Shown here one piece after another: positions 1-10,012 of a stretch of DNA of 64,000 bases; position 1 is the first letter of the stretch, and every line of letters begins with the position of its first letter. Origin of the DNA: Eubacteriales bacterium (GTDB taxonomy: Bacteria; Bacillota; Clostridia; Oscillospirales; CAG-272). The notes below the pieces were generated by a model, which was given only the letters and a program-made list of their open reading frames with translations, was not told where the DNA came from and searched no databases. Made by a program: the position numbers and the translations under genes. The stretch spans positions 872 to 64,871 of the forward strand of contig JBNRMS010000035.1 of assembly GCA_050309735.1 (NCBI GenBank), written 5' to 3'.

Positions 1-521
1 GTTTCGGATACCTTTGTAATCTTTATGTTGTAAAGCTTCTGCATTGTAAAGGAATCTTTTTCCTCGTTTCCGTCTTCCAGATAATAATCAAGGCTGAAGC
101 ATTCGTTGTATTCCTCGCTGTCCCCGGCGATTATATGATTGACAAAGTCATGCATGAAGCGAACGCCCTCATTGAAATTATAGTAATCAGCCTCTGAGAT
201 AGTTGTCGTTAATCCTGTTCCGGGGTCGTAGTAATAAATATTTCGGTCAAGACCAATGTAGTAGCTGTCTTTATAAATATCCTCGTTGTAATCGGGCGTG
301 TAGAAGGTTATTGTCTGGTTTGTCGGATTGTAATTGTTTTTGTCGCCGGGATTGCTCGATGTTGCGTATTTGTCTATCAGATAGGCTCCGGTATAAAAAA
401 GCACGACAAAAAGCAACATCCCGGCAAAAGAAAGCAGTATTATTTTTTTGATTTTTTGGGTGTCTTCCCTGCCCCTTCGATTTTTCAGCTTGGGCAGATC
501 TTTTCCTTCTTGTTCGGGCAT
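1..521 (-). CDS. hypothetical membrane-anchored protein (3' part lies outside the window)
   Basis: Minus-strand open frame from ATG at 519-521 (GGAG about 8 nt upstream) runs off the left edge. It has a basic N-terminus, one hydrophobic helix (IILLSFAGMLLFVVLFY) and a Tyr/Asn/Asp-rich remainder. No family recognised. Confidence 0.5.
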   Translation of the reverse strand, partial: MPEQEGKDLPKLKNRRGREDTQKIKKIILLSFAGMLLFVVLFYTGAYLIDKYATSSNPGDKNNYNPTNQTITFYTPDYNEDIYKDSYYIGLDRNIYYYDPGTGLTTTISEADYYNFNEGVRFMHDFVNHIIAGDSEEYNECFSLDYYLEDGNEEKDSFTMQKLYNIKITKVSE

Positions 522-632
522 AGATATCTCCTTATCAATTTACAACCGATTTTAAGTTTTATTTTATCACACATCAATGAATATTTCAAGAGCGGGCCGA
601 GATTATAGTGCATAAAATAAAGTTTTTTTCTA

Positions 633-661
633 TTGATGTTTTAGGCTTTATATGTTATACT
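633..661 (+). promoter_or_regulatory. sigma-A-type promoter candidate for the ApgM-like gene
   Basis: TTGATG (633-638), 17-nt spacer, TGT-TATACT (extended -10, 656-661). Confidence 0.45.
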
Positions 662-742
662 ATTATGAATAATAAAGCCTCCGCGGAGCGCAATGCAGAC
701 CTCCGGGCGCGGCAATCAAAAGAAGGATCAAACGATAAATAT

Positions 743-1960
743 ATGAAACACCTCGTACTTATCCCCGACGGCATGGCCGACCGACCGGTCGACTTGCTCG
801 GCGGTCTGACCCCGATGCAGGCCGCGAAAAAACCGTATATGGACGCACTTGCCGCCCTATCAACTGTCGGTCTGGTTAGCAATGTTCCCGACGGGATGGT
901 TCCCGAGAGCGACACGGCTAATATGGCTGTTCTCTCATTTGACCCGAAAATTTATTCTCGCGGGCGCTCGCCGCTTGAGGCCGCAAGCATGGGGATTGAG
1001 ATGAAGCCCGACGACACGGCCTACAGATGCAATATAGTCACCCTTTCCGAGGGCGGCGCATATGAAGACAAAATAATGATAGACCACAGTGCCGATGAAA
1101 TTTCGACACCCGAGGCCGATCTGTTAATAAAATCACTTGAAGAAAAATTCGGCAATGATGTGCGGAAGTTTTACACAGGCGTGAGCTACCGTCATTGCCT
1201 TATCTGGCGCGGCGGCGACGATAAATACGACTTCATGCGCCCGCATGACATTCTCGGGCGAGCAATCGGGGAATATTTGCCGAGTGAATCAAAGGGTGGC
1301 GGCGAATTTTTGCGTCTTATGCGTGAGAGCTATGATATACTTGACAATCATCCGGTGAATGCTGCCCGTCGTGAGCGCGGTCTGCGCCCGGCAAACTCAG
1401 CCTGGCTCTGGAGCCCGGGAAAGAAACCGCAGCTTCCTTCTTTCGCAGAGAAGTGGAGACTTCACGCTGCGGTTATTTCGGCTGTAGACCTAATAAAGGG
1501 TATAGGACTTTGTGCCGGGATGACGCCGATTTCGGTCGAGGGCGCCACAGGAAATATTCACACCAATTTCACCGGTAAGGCTGAAGCCGCTATTTCGGCC
1601 TTTTCAAACGGCTATGATTTTGTCTATCTCCATATAGAGGCGCCTGACGAATGCGGCCACCGAGCGGAAACCGAAAATAAGGTCAGATCAATTGAGTTGA
1701 TTGACAATTTGGTTCTTGCTCCCATCTGGAAATATCTCAAGGACTGCGGAGAAGATTATAAAATTCTTGTTCTCCCCGACCATCCGACGCCGATTGAGAT
1801 ACGAACTCATTCCTCTGAACCTGTTCCCTTCCTTGCTTATTCGTCGAAAAACGAGGTCGCGGGTGTGAAAACCTTTGACGAAGACACCGCCAAATCAACC
1901 GGCCTATACATCTCCGAGGGATACCGGTTGCTTGACTTTTTGATAAACAAAATAAAATAA
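743..1960 (+). CDS. cofactor-independent phosphoglycerate mutase family protein (ApgM-like; clade proposed as alternative homoserine kinase)
   Basis: ORF track 608..1960. Start moved to ATG 743 (MKHLVLIPDGMADRP) with AAGAAGGA upstream. Metalloenzyme-superfamily motifs DGMAD, HIEAPDECGH and LPDHPTP are present. No canonical thrB in the window, but thrC lies nearby. Confidence 0.75.
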   Translation: MKHLVLIPDGMADRPVDLLGGLTPMQAAKKPYMDALAALSTVGLVSNVPDGMVPESDTANMAVLSFDPKIYSRGRSPLEAASMGIEMKPDDTAYRCNIVTLSEGGAYEDKIMIDHSADEISTPEADLLIKSLEEKFGNDVRKFYTGVSYRHCLIWRGGDDKYDFMRPHDILGRAIGEYLPSESKGGGEFLRLMRESYDILDNHPVNAARRERGLRPANSAWLWSPGKKPQLPSFAEKWRLHAAVISAVDLIKGIGLCAGMTPISVEGATGNIHTNFTGKAEAAISAFSNGYDFVYLHIEAPDECGHRAETENKVRSIELIDNLVLAPIWKYLKDCGEDYKILVLPDHPTPIEIRTHSSEPVPFLAYSSKNEVAGVKTFDEDTAKSTGLYISEGYRLLDFLINKIK

Positions 1961-1973
1961 AAACAGGGGGTTG

Positions 1974-2675
1974 ATGTTTACGATGAGTGATATCGAGCGC
2001 CGGGATAACAGTCTTCAAACGGCACCGGGCAGGAATGAAAAAGATGATATAACGCAAAACAATTGCGATAACGGCGAGGGCGCAGCAACAAGCCCCGTCC
2101 CCGAGAAAAAATTCCCGGGGGCCTCGGAAATTTTTGATTACGTTGAGATTTTCGTCTTTTCGGTCTGCGCCGTTATGCTTCTTTTTACCTTTGCCTTCAG
2201 GCTCTGCCGAGTTGACGGTGACTCAATGAAAATGACACTTGCCGAGGGAGAGGTGCTTGTCGTTTCAGACATATATTATACCCCGAAAATGAATGATATT
2301 GTCGTATTCCATATGATAGGAACCGAGAATTCATACTATAATAAGCCGATAGTCAAGCGTGTGATTGCCGACGCGGGACACTTTGTTCGGATCGATTATG
2401 CCGCAGGAATTGTTTATGTTTCTGAGGATAATGTCTTTGACGAGTCGGACATAATAGACGAGACAGATTATATCTTTCTTGATAACGGCAAATGGAATAT
2501 GTACGGAACATATGAAGAATATGTTCCCGAGGGCTATGTGTTTGTTCTTGGGGATAACCGGAACAATTCAGCCGACAGCCGAAACAGGGATATCGGCCTT
2601 GTCGACGTGCGCCGGATATTCGGAAAGGTGATCTTTAGAATATTACCGCTGTCCGACGCGGGCAATGTGTATTAA
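1974..2675 (+). CDS. lepB: signal peptidase I
   Basis: S26 boxes GDSMKMTL (Ser), KRVIA (Lys) and GDNRNNSADSR; one TM helix after a ~60-aa N-terminal extension. Start is ambiguous (TTG 1971, ATG 1974, ATG 1983). Confidence 0.9.
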   Translation: MFTMSDIERRDNSLQTAPGRNEKDDITQNNCDNGEGAATSPVPEKKFPGASEIFDYVEIFVFSVCAVMLLFTFAFRLCRVDGDSMKMTLAEGEVLVVSDIYYTPKMNDIVVFHMIGTENSYYNKPIVKRVIADAGHFVRIDYAAGIVYVSEDNVFDESDIIDETDYIFLDNGKWNMYGTYEEYVPEGYVFVLGDNRNNSADSRNRDIGLVDVRRIFGKVIFRILPLSDAGNVY

Positions 2676-2713
2676 CATCATAAAATAGCAAAAAAGACAC
2701 AAAGGAGCAACAA

Positions 2714-3592
2714 ATGTCCTCGCAGGTGATACAATGGTTCCCCGGTCATATGGCCAAAACCAGACGGATTATATCCGAAAACTTAAAAAATGTTGACCTT
2801 ATAATTGAAATACTTGACGCGAGAATACCGCATAGCTCGCGCAACCCCGAGATAATTACGCTTATCGGCGGCAAGCCGTCGCTTGTGCTGCTCAACAAAT
2901 CCTCGCTGGCCGACGAGCAGCAGACAGCCGCCTGGAGCGAGGTCTATACCTCTGACAACTCTCTCTCTATCACAACAGACTGCATTACCGGCGAGGGGCT
3001 TGGGAAGATCTCCCCTGCAATAAAAAAACTCTGTTCTGATAAACTCGCACGATACGAAGAAAGAGGAATGCAGGGGCGCAAGCTCAGGGCGATGGTTCTT
3101 GGCATTCCGAATGTCGGAAAGTCGTCGCTTATAAACAGACTTAGCGGAGCGAAAAAGGCAAAGGTTGAAAACCGCCCCGGTGTTACGCTTAAGGGGCAGT
3201 GGGTGGCGACAAATCAAGGATTTGACCTGCTTGATATGCCGGGTATGCTCTGGCCTAAATTCGATGATAAAAGAGTGGGCGAAAACCTTGCTATTACAGG
3301 CGCTATAAGAGACAGTATTCTTGACAGCGCTGAAGTAGCGGCGGCGCTCTGCCGCAGACTGCGAAAATATTATCCGACACTCCTTTGCGAGCGTTATCGC
3401 CTTGGCAATATTGATGATTATTCCGAATTTAACGATTACGATCTGCTCCTTGAGATAGGAAGGAAGCGCGGGTGCCTTGTGGCTGGCGGCGAGATTGACC
3501 TTACAAGAACCTCGGAGATGCTGCTTGAGGAGCTGCGCTCGGGCAAAATCGGCAGGATAACACTTGACTTTATCACAAAAGAATCCGAATAG
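2714..3592 (+). CDS. rbgA: ribosome biogenesis GTPase A (YlqF/RbgA)
   Basis: WFPGHMAKTRR N-terminus; circularly permuted GTPase motifs (LNKSSL, GIPNVGKSSL, DMPG); classic rbgA-rnhB neighbourhood. Confidence 0.9.
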   Translation: MSSQVIQWFPGHMAKTRRIISENLKNVDLIIEILDARIPHSSRNPEIITLIGGKPSLVLLNKSSLADEQQTAAWSEVYTSDNSLSITTDCITGEGLGKISPAIKKLCSDKLARYEERGMQGRKLRAMVLGIPNVGKSSLINRLSGAKKAKVENRPGVTLKGQWVATNQGFDLLDMPGMLWPKFDDKRVGENLAITGAIRDSILDSAEVAAALCRRLRKYYPTLLCERYRLGNIDDYSEFNDYDLLLEIGRKRGCLVAGGEIDLTRTSEMLLEELRSGKIGRITLDFITKESE

Positions 3593-3646
3593 GGCGTTTT
3601 TAAACTATACGAATGTTTATAGCTCCCCAATTAAAAGGACAGGTTT

Positions 3647-4261
3647 ATGCTTGAATATATTCTTGAGAACAAAATGAGAGAGTGCGGACACCGCCTTGTT
3701 TGCGGGGTTGACGAGGCGGGGCGCGGCCCCCTTTTCGGGCCTGTTGTTGCCGCGGCGTGCATACTCCCGGATAGTCTTATAATCCCGGGTCTTGACGATT
3801 CAAAGAAGTTAAGCGCAAAAAAACGCGAAGAATTATATTCGATTATCACCTCGAATGCTGTCGCTTGGTCTGTTTCATCTGCAACGGTTTGCGAGATAAA
3901 CGAATATAATATACTTGAGGCGACTCTTTTGGCAATGAGGCGCGCGCTCGCTTCGCTCGACCCGATGCCAGACGCTGCTCTTATCGACGGCAATATTGAC
4001 CGGGGATTTGATATCCCCACCCGCCGCGTCATCCACGGCGACGCACTCTCGCCCTCAATAGCCGCTGCTTCGATTATTGCGAAGGTAGAGCGCGACCGGC
4101 TCTGCGTCCAACTTGATTGCGAATATCCCGGATACGGAATCGCTAAAAATAAGGGGTATGGTACAAAAGAACATATTGATGCCCTCCGTCGTCTCGGAGC
4201 GACACCCGAGCACAGGGCAAAGTTTATAAGATTTCTTAAAAATGATAAAAAAGAGGCTTAA
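3647..4261 (+). CDS. rnhB: ribonuclease HII
   Basis: GVDEAGRGPLFGPVVAAA, DDSKKL, KNKGYGTKEH motifs. Confidence 0.92.
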   Translation: MLEYILENKMRECGHRLVCGVDEAGRGPLFGPVVAAACILPDSLIIPGLDDSKKLSAKKREELYSIITSNAVAWSVSSATVCEINEYNILEATLLAMRRALASLDPMPDAALIDGNIDRGFDIPTRRVIHGDALSPSIAAASIIAKVERDRLCVQLDCEYPGYGIAKNKGYGTKEHIDALRRLGATPEHRAKFIRFLKNDKKEA

Positions 4262-4652
4262 CACACTTGACGCGGGGCGGATTGGCGAGCGTGCCGCGGC
4301 CGATTACCTTGTTGGAATCGGTTTTCGGATAGTTGAAATGAATTACCGCGTCTCCCATCTTGAAATAGACATTATCGCCGAGAACGACACCCGGCTGATA
4401 TTCGTCGAGGTGAAGGCGCGCACAGAGAACGAATCAAACCAAAGGCGATTCGGCCGCCCGGGCGCGGCGGTTACTAAAAAGAAACAGATAAATCTTGTCA
4501 GCGCTGCAAAGCAATATTTGCTAACACACAAAACCGGTAAATACACGCGCCTTGACGTTATCGAGGTTTATTTCTCTGAGCCTGCTGCGGGCAGACCTGC
4601 GACAGAAATAAGCCGGATAAACCATATCGAAAATGCCTTTTGTGCAAGATAA
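4242..4652 (+). CDS. YraN-family endonuclease-like protein (UPF0102)
   Basis: GERAAADYL...EIDIIA...FVEVKAR pattern; overlaps the rnhB end by 20 nt. Confidence 0.8.
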   Translation: MIKKRLNTLDAGRIGERAAADYLVGIGFRIVEMNYRVSHLEIDIIAENDTRLIFVEVKARTENESNQRRFGRPGAAVTKKKQINLVSAAKQYLLTHKTGKYTRLDVIEVYFSEPAAGRPATEISRINHIENAFCAR

Positions 4653-4682
4653 TAAATAAAGTCTGAAAGGGATGGTTAGATT

Positions 4683-5618
4683 ATGAAGCTCGTAGACCTG
4701 CACTGCGACACAGCTTATCGTATTCACCGTGACAGCGAGAGGCTCTCAACAAACAATCAGCATATCTCGCTCCAAAAGGTTGCAAGATACGAAAAATACG
4801 CTCAATTCATGGCCATTTTTACATCGCATAAATTTACGGCCGAACAAGCTTATGTCCGCTTCCATGAGGTTTTTGGATATTTATCGGCAGTACTTAACGA
4901 GAACAAAGACAGAATTGTAAAAATTACCGACGGTCGGGAATTGCCCGCCGTCTGGGAGAGCGGCAAGCACGGAGCGGTAATTACGCTTGAGGACGCAAGG
5001 ATTTTGTCTGATGACATAAGCCGCCTTGAGGCACTCTATCGCAAGGGTATTCGCTCGATTGTCCTGATGTGGAGCGGCGAGAGTTGTATCGGCGGTTCAC
5101 ACAACACAGAGGTGGGACTTACCGATTTTGGTCGACTTGTAACCGAGAAATGCTTCGAGCTGGGCATAATTCCCGACATCTCGCACGCCTCTGCGAAAAC
5201 GGCATCCGAGGTGATTGATATCGCCGGGCGGTTCGGCAAGCCGATAATCGCTTCTCACTCAAATTCACACTCTGTGTACGGGCACACACGCAACCTGCGC
5301 GACTATCACTTTGAGGCCATTCGCGACATGGGGGGTGTAGTAGGTATCAGTCTTTGCCGCTCGCATTTAGCGCCCGGGGGAAAGGCAGGACTTGACGACA
5401 TTATCCGCCACATCGAGCATTATCTCTCACTCGGAGGAGAGGATACGATTGCACTTGGCTGCGATCTTGACGGAACCGATCTTCCCGAGGGCTTCTCAGA
5501 CGTTGCCGACCTGATAAAAATAGCCGACAGAATGTCGGAGCTCGGACACAGCAATGATTTGATTGAAAAGCTTTTCTATAGAAATGCCGAGAAGTTTATA
5601 ATTGAAAATGTAAGATAA
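4683..5618 (+). CDS. membrane-dipeptidase family protein (peptidase M19)
   Basis: DLHCDT (HxD metal site), DISHAS and ASHSNSH motifs in the order typical of renal-dipeptidase-like enzymes. Confidence 0.75.
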   Translation: MKLVDLHCDTAYRIHRDSERLSTNNQHISLQKVARYEKYAQFMAIFTSHKFTAEQAYVRFHEVFGYLSAVLNENKDRIVKITDGRELPAVWESGKHGAVITLEDARILSDDISRLEALYRKGIRSIVLMWSGESCIGGSHNTEVGLTDFGRLVTEKCFELGIIPDISHASAKTASEVIDIAGRFGKPIIASHSNSHSVYGHTRNLRDYHFEAIRDMGGVVGISLCRSHLAPGGKAGLDDIIRHIEHYLSLGGEDTIALGCDLDGTDLPEGFSDVADLIKIADRMSELGHSNDLIEKLFYRNAEKFIIENVR

Positions 5619-5656
5619 ATTTGCCAAAGTAAAGTTCAAAGGAATTGTTTTTTATT

Positions 5657-7171
5657 ATGATGTATAAAAGCACAAGGGACGCGGGAGCGCGCCCGAACAC
5701 CTCGGCAGAGGTGATAAAAAAAGGATTGGCAGACGACGGCGGACTTTTCATGCCCGACACAATCCCTCAGCTTAGCAAGGAAGATATTAAAAACCTCTGC
5801 TCGATGAGTTACCCTCGGAGAGCGGCCTTCGTTCTCTCGAAGTTTCTCACCGATTATACCTACGACGAGCTTCTCTCCGACTGCGAAGATGCCTACCGCG
5901 AGGAATCCTTCCCCGGCGGTCCCGCGCCGCTGGTAAGGCTCTCTGCTCTTGCTGAAAAAGACAGAAAAGATGAGCCGGAAGGCTCGCATTATATACTTGA
6001 ACTATGGCATGGGCCGACAGCCGCCTTCAAGGACATGGCGCTCCAGATTATGCCCCGCCTTCTCATTCGCGCTCTCTCAAAGACCGGCGAGAATAGAAGG
6101 GCGCTAATCCTTGTCGCCACCTCAGGTGATACAGGCAAGGCGGCGCTTGAAGGCTACCGCGATATAGACGGCACAAAAATAGTGGTTTTTTATCCTGTGG
6201 AGGGTGTGAGTCGGGTTCAGAAGCTGCAAATGGCCTCACAGGCAGGTGCGAATGTTGAAGTTTTGGCAGTGCGCGGTAATTTTGACGATTGTCAGAGCGG
6301 CGTCAAGCGCCTTTTCTCAGACGCTGGTGTCGCCGCCGAGCTTGACCGTAATGGATATTTCTTTTCAAGTGCAAATTCAATAAACTGGGGTCGCCTTGCC
6401 CCGCAGATAGTCTATTATGTATCGGCCTATTGCGACCTTGTCGCCTCTGGAGATATAGGGTATGGAGATGCCGTCAATATCTGTGTTCCGACCGGAAACT
6501 TTGGAAATATCCTTGCCGCCTATTTTGCAAAGCTAATGGGGCTTCCTTTTGCAAAGCTTATCTGCGCATCAAATTCAAACAATGTGTTAACTGAGTTTCT
6601 ACGAACCGGAACATACGACCGCAATCGCGATTTTCACTTGACAATGTCACCCTCGATGGATATTTTGATTTCAAGTAATCTTGAGCGACTGCTCTGCCTT
6701 ATCGCCGACGCCGAGAAAACAAAGGAATACATGGATTCGCTCGATAAAACAGGCAGATATACTGTGTCGGCCGAGGTTATGAAAAAAATTTCAGAGACCT
6801 TTGTCGGATACTGCGCCAACGAGGGCGAAACCTCAAGGACTATTTGCGACACTCACAAAAAATACAACTACCTCTCCGACACGCATACCGCCGTCGCGCT
6901 CAACGGCTCCTCTCAATATCGTAAAGATACCCACGATACCGCGCCAATCATCACCGTTTCAACCGCAAGCCCCTATAAATTCGCTGCAGACGTTTACCGC
7001 TCGCTGACCGGCACCCCGCCCGAAGGTGATATTGAGGCGCTCGACCAGCTTGCTAGTTTTACAAATGTCCCACTTCCCTTCCCGCTTGAAAATATCGGCG
7101 GCCGCGAACTTAGATTTAAGTCGGTTATTGATAAGTCGGAAATGAAGGAATGGGTGATAAACAGTTTATGA
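5657..7171 (+). CDS. thrC: threonine synthase (long form)
   Basis: PLP-lysine motif FKDMALQ and SGDTGKAA. ORF track 5645..7171; ATG 5657 lies 14 nt after AAAGG. Confidence 0.9.
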   Translation: MMYKSTRDAGARPNTSAEVIKKGLADDGGLFMPDTIPQLSKEDIKNLCSMSYPRRAAFVLSKFLTDYTYDELLSDCEDAYREESFPGGPAPLVRLSALAEKDRKDEPEGSHYILELWHGPTAAFKDMALQIMPRLLIRALSKTGENRRALILVATSGDTGKAALEGYRDIDGTKIVVFYPVEGVSRVQKLQMASQAGANVEVLAVRGNFDDCQSGVKRLFSDAGVAAELDRNGYFFSSANSINWGRLAPQIVYYVSAYCDLVASGDIGYGDAVNICVPTGNFGNILAAYFAKLMGLPFAKLICASNSNNVLTEFLRTGTYDRNRDFHLTMSPSMDILISSNLERLLCLIADAEKTKEYMDSLDKTGRYTVSAEVMKKISETFVGYCANEGETSRTICDTHKKYNYLSDTHTAVALNGSSQYRKDTHDTAPIITVSTASPYKFAADVYRSLTGTPPEGDIEALDQLASFTNVPLPFPLENIGGRELRFKSVIDKSEMKEWVINSL

Positions 7172-7190
7172 TAGCAAGAGGGGATGCTTT

Positions 7191-7217
7191 GGGGGAAACT
7201 TCTCCGAAAGTTTCCCC
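7191..7217. terminator. bidirectional intrinsic-terminator-like hairpin between convergent thrC and the DUF1540 gene
   Basis: GGGGAAACT-N8-AGTTTCCCC stem between two convergent stop codons. Confidence 0.6.
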
Positions 7218-7240
7218 ACCGCTTCGCTTTTCTCAGCCTT

Positions 7241-7429
7241 TTATTCTTCCTTAGGCTTGAATGTCGCGCAGATGGTGTCGGCGCTTGTCTGGGCGCTCGT
7301 CGGACCGACATTTATTTGCTCGGCAGTACAGTAGTTGCTGACATCATGATAATAGCAATTTCTAACATCGCATCCGATGCACTTGTTGACATCGCCAGAT
7401 TTTTTTTGTTTTTCATTGTGGTTATGCAT
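7241..7429 (-). CDS. DUF1540 domain protein
   Basis: MHNHNEKQKKSGDVNKCIGCDVRNCYYH...CTAEQINV pattern typical of DUF1540. Start set at ATG 7429, 13 nt after GAAAGG; ORF track gives 7498. Confidence 0.75.
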   Translation of the reverse strand: MHNHNEKQKKSGDVNKCIGCDVRNCYYHDVSNYCTAEQINVGPTSAQTSADTICATFKPKEE

Positions 7430-7695
7430 ATTTATGACCATACCTTTCTGAGATAAGCGTGAATCCTGTCTTTCGGCATTTGCCGAATTGCCACACATAA
7501 TGCGGCAATTATAAAGAACTCACAGTTTGAAAGATTTATCTTTCAAACTACATCTCATACCGCCATAGCGGCGAAAAATTTACTTTGATTTCTTACAGGC
7601 AAAGATATTAGCCTTTTATTTTGCCTATAATCAATATTATTATGTTCCGATAATGCTCGGGTATTCTGAGTTTTTCCTGAAAGGAGAGTCGTTAT

Positions 7696-8415
7696 TTGTC
7701 TGTTTTTGTGATTTCTGACCTGCATCTTTCGACCAGCACAAACAAATCTATGGAAATTTTTGGAGCAGCATGGCAGGACTATACAACACGATTGAAGAAT
7801 AATTGGAATAATGTAGTTGAAATTGATGACACTGTGATAGTGCCGGGCGACGTTTCTTGGGGAATGACGACAGAGGAAGCTTTGCCCGATTTGCTCTTGT
7901 TAAACTCTTTGAACGGCAAAAAAATTATCGGCAAAGGAAATCATGACTTTTGGTGGACTACACAAACCAAGCTAAGCAATACCCTCAAAGTAAACCGAAT
8001 TGATACTATTAATTTTCTTTATAATAATGCATATTTAACCGAAAATTTTATTATTGCGGGTACACGCGGCTGGTATAACGAGGCAACGACTGGAATGACC
8101 GAGAACAGGCCCGACTATCAAAAAATTATAAACCGCGAGGCGATAAGGCTCAGACTAAGTCTTGAGGCGGCTCAAAAACTGCGCGGCGACAGCGAGACTC
8201 CAATAATTGTTTTTTTTCACTTTCCTCCGGTCTGGAATGGTAATGTCTGCCGGGAGCTTGTGGATTTGCTCTGTGAATATGGTGTAAAAAAATGTTACTT
8301 CGGTCACATACACGGAAATTACGGCGTTGACAGAACAATATTGTTTGAAAATGTGACCTATGAGTTAATCTCGTCGGATTTTCTGAACTTTACGCCGATA
8401 CCAATCAGAATATAG
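7696..8415 (+). CDS. metallophosphoesterase (calcineurin-like phosphoesterase family)
   Basis: SDLHLS, PGDVSWG, GKGNHDFWW and FGHIHG metal-ligand motifs; TTG start 6 nt after GAAAGGAGAG. Confidence 0.8.
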   Translation: MSVFVISDLHLSTSTNKSMEIFGAAWQDYTTRLKNNWNNVVEIDDTVIVPGDVSWGMTTEEALPDLLLLNSLNGKKIIGKGNHDFWWTTQTKLSNTLKVNRIDTINFLYNNAYLTENFIIAGTRGWYNEATTGMTENRPDYQKIINREAIRLRLSLEAAQKLRGDSETPIIVFFHFPPVWNGNVCRELVDLLCEYGVKKCYFGHIHGNYGVDRTILFENVTYELISSDFLNFTPIPIRI

Positions 8416-8447
8416 TCTATCTGCATACATAATATGTAGGAAAGCTA

Positions 8448-8476
8448 TTGACAAAACTGACATTTTGAAGTAAAAT
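8448..8476 (+). promoter_or_regulatory. sigma-A-type promoter candidate for tig
   Basis: TTGACA (8448-8453), 17-nt spacer, TAAAAT (8471-8476). Confidence 0.6.
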
Positions 8477-8518
8477 TAAGAGGTTGTTAAAATTATTTCA
8501 TCGGAGGATAAATTAAAA

Positions 8519-9871
8519 ATGAGTTTAATCAAAGCCGAGAAAACCGAGAAAAACCTGTATGTGCTTGAATTTTCGGTCGATAAGGCGAAATTTGAAGCAG
8601 CGGTTAATAATGCATACCGCAAACAGGTTAAAAAGGTCAACATTCCCGGCTTCAGACCCGGAAAGGCTCCCCGCCATATAATTGAGAAGATGTATGGCAA
8701 AGGCTTCTTTTATGACGATGCCTTCAACGAGGTTCTTCCCGAGGCATATGAAAATGCGCTGAAAGAATCGGGTATAGACGCGGTCAGCCGCCCTGATATC
8801 GACGTTAAATCGGTTGATGACGGGGTTGTTTTCACAGCGAATGTTTATGTTAAACCCGAGGTTTCAATTGAGGGATATCGCGGAATCGAGGTGGAAAAAC
8901 ACATCCATACCGCTTCAGACGAGGAAATAGACGCGGAAATTAACATGCTTCGCGAGCGCAATGCCCGCGAAATCGAGGTAACCGACCGCGCCGCTGAGCT
9001 TGGCGATATTGCTGTGATTGATTATGAGGGCTTTGAGGCAGAGAGCGGTCTTCCTTTTGAAGGCGGTCGCGGAGAGAACCATCCGCTCGAACTCGGCTCG
9101 GGTTCCTTCATCCCCGGCTTTGAAGAGCAGATAGTCGGCCACAATATCGGAGATTCATTTGACGTGAAGGTCACCTTCCCGGAACAGTATCACGCAGCCG
9201 AACTTGCCGGGAAACCGGTGGTGTTTACCTGCCGTCTTAATTCGATAAAAAAGAAGGAACTCCCTGAACTTGACGATGAATTCGCAAAGGACGTTTCGGA
9301 ATTCAACACCTTCGCTGAATACCGCGACGACGTGAAGGCAAAAATTCAGAAGAGACATGAGGATTCGGCCGAGATGGAATTTAATTCGGCGATTACCGAG
9401 GCTCTTGCTAATAAAGTGCAGGCAGATATCCCCGAGGCAATGTTTGAAAACGAGACAGAAAACTTTGTCCGCGACTACGACAATCGCCTGAGAATGCAGG
9501 GGCTTAGCCTTAGCGACTATTTCAAATACACAGGACTGACCCTTGATGATATGCGGAAGCAGATGAGGCCGCAGGCAGAGATTCAGGTTAAAACTCGCCT
9601 GGCACTTGAGAAAATTGTTGAGCTTGAGGGTATAACTGTGAGCGAGGACGAGATAGACGCCGAATTTGACCGCTTGGTCGAGCAATACAATATGGAGCTT
9701 AACCGGGTTAAAGAAGTGGTGGATGCCGAGGGCATTTCAAAGGATTTAGCTGTTCAAAAAGCGCTCGACTTGGTAAGAGACAACGCAGAAATTAAAATGT
9801 CGGAGTGCCACTGCGACGACGCCGAGCATTCGGATGACGCTGATGATGCAGATGCCGATAAGGCCGAATAA
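8519..9871 (+). CDS. tig: trigger factor
   Basis: Ribosome-binding signature GFRPGKAP, central FKBP-type PPIase region, tig-clpP-clpX synteny. Unusual Cys/His/Asp-rich C-terminal tail. Confidence 0.95.
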   Translation: MSLIKAEKTEKNLYVLEFSVDKAKFEAAVNNAYRKQVKKVNIPGFRPGKAPRHIIEKMYGKGFFYDDAFNEVLPEAYENALKESGIDAVSRPDIDVKSVDDGVVFTANVYVKPEVSIEGYRGIEVEKHIHTASDEEIDAEINMLRERNAREIEVTDRAAELGDIAVIDYEGFEAESGLPFEGGRGENHPLELGSGSFIPGFEEQIVGHNIGDSFDVKVTFPEQYHAAELAGKPVVFTCRLNSIKKKELPELDDEFAKDVSEFNTFAEYRDDVKAKIQKRHEDSAEMEFNSAITEALANKVQADIPEAMFENETENFVRDYDNRLRMQGLSLSDYFKYTGLTLDDMRKQMRPQAEIQVKTRLALEKIVELEGITVSEDEIDAEFDRLVEQYNMELNRVKEVVDAEGISKDLAVQKALDLVRDNAEIKMSECHCDDAEHSDDADDADADKAE

Positions 9872-10012
9872 TGCGCGAGGATTATTTAAATGCGGCACAA
9901 GTGTTTCGAGCGAATTTTCTAATAGCGGGAATCTGCCCCGCTTTTGCCGGCAGAGCCGGAGCGAAAATTCCAAAATATATTTAAGCCGCCCGAAGGCGGC
10001 AGGGAGATTAAT

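Noticed and set aside
203-451. 82-aa cysteine-rich plus-strand ORF
   Set aside because: It is antisense to the open minus-strand gene that has a proper SD and ATG at 519-521. It has no SD, and the Cys/Arg richness is typical of a reverse-frame artefact.
9944-10012. Upstream extensions of several ORF-track calls (clpP 9944, carA 25634, gatC 39973, rpsB 42093, ApgM-like 608, Cys-rich 13063)
   Set aside because: In each case a conserved family N-terminus with a well-spaced SD lies downstream. The extensions cover promoters, the T-box or other leader structures.
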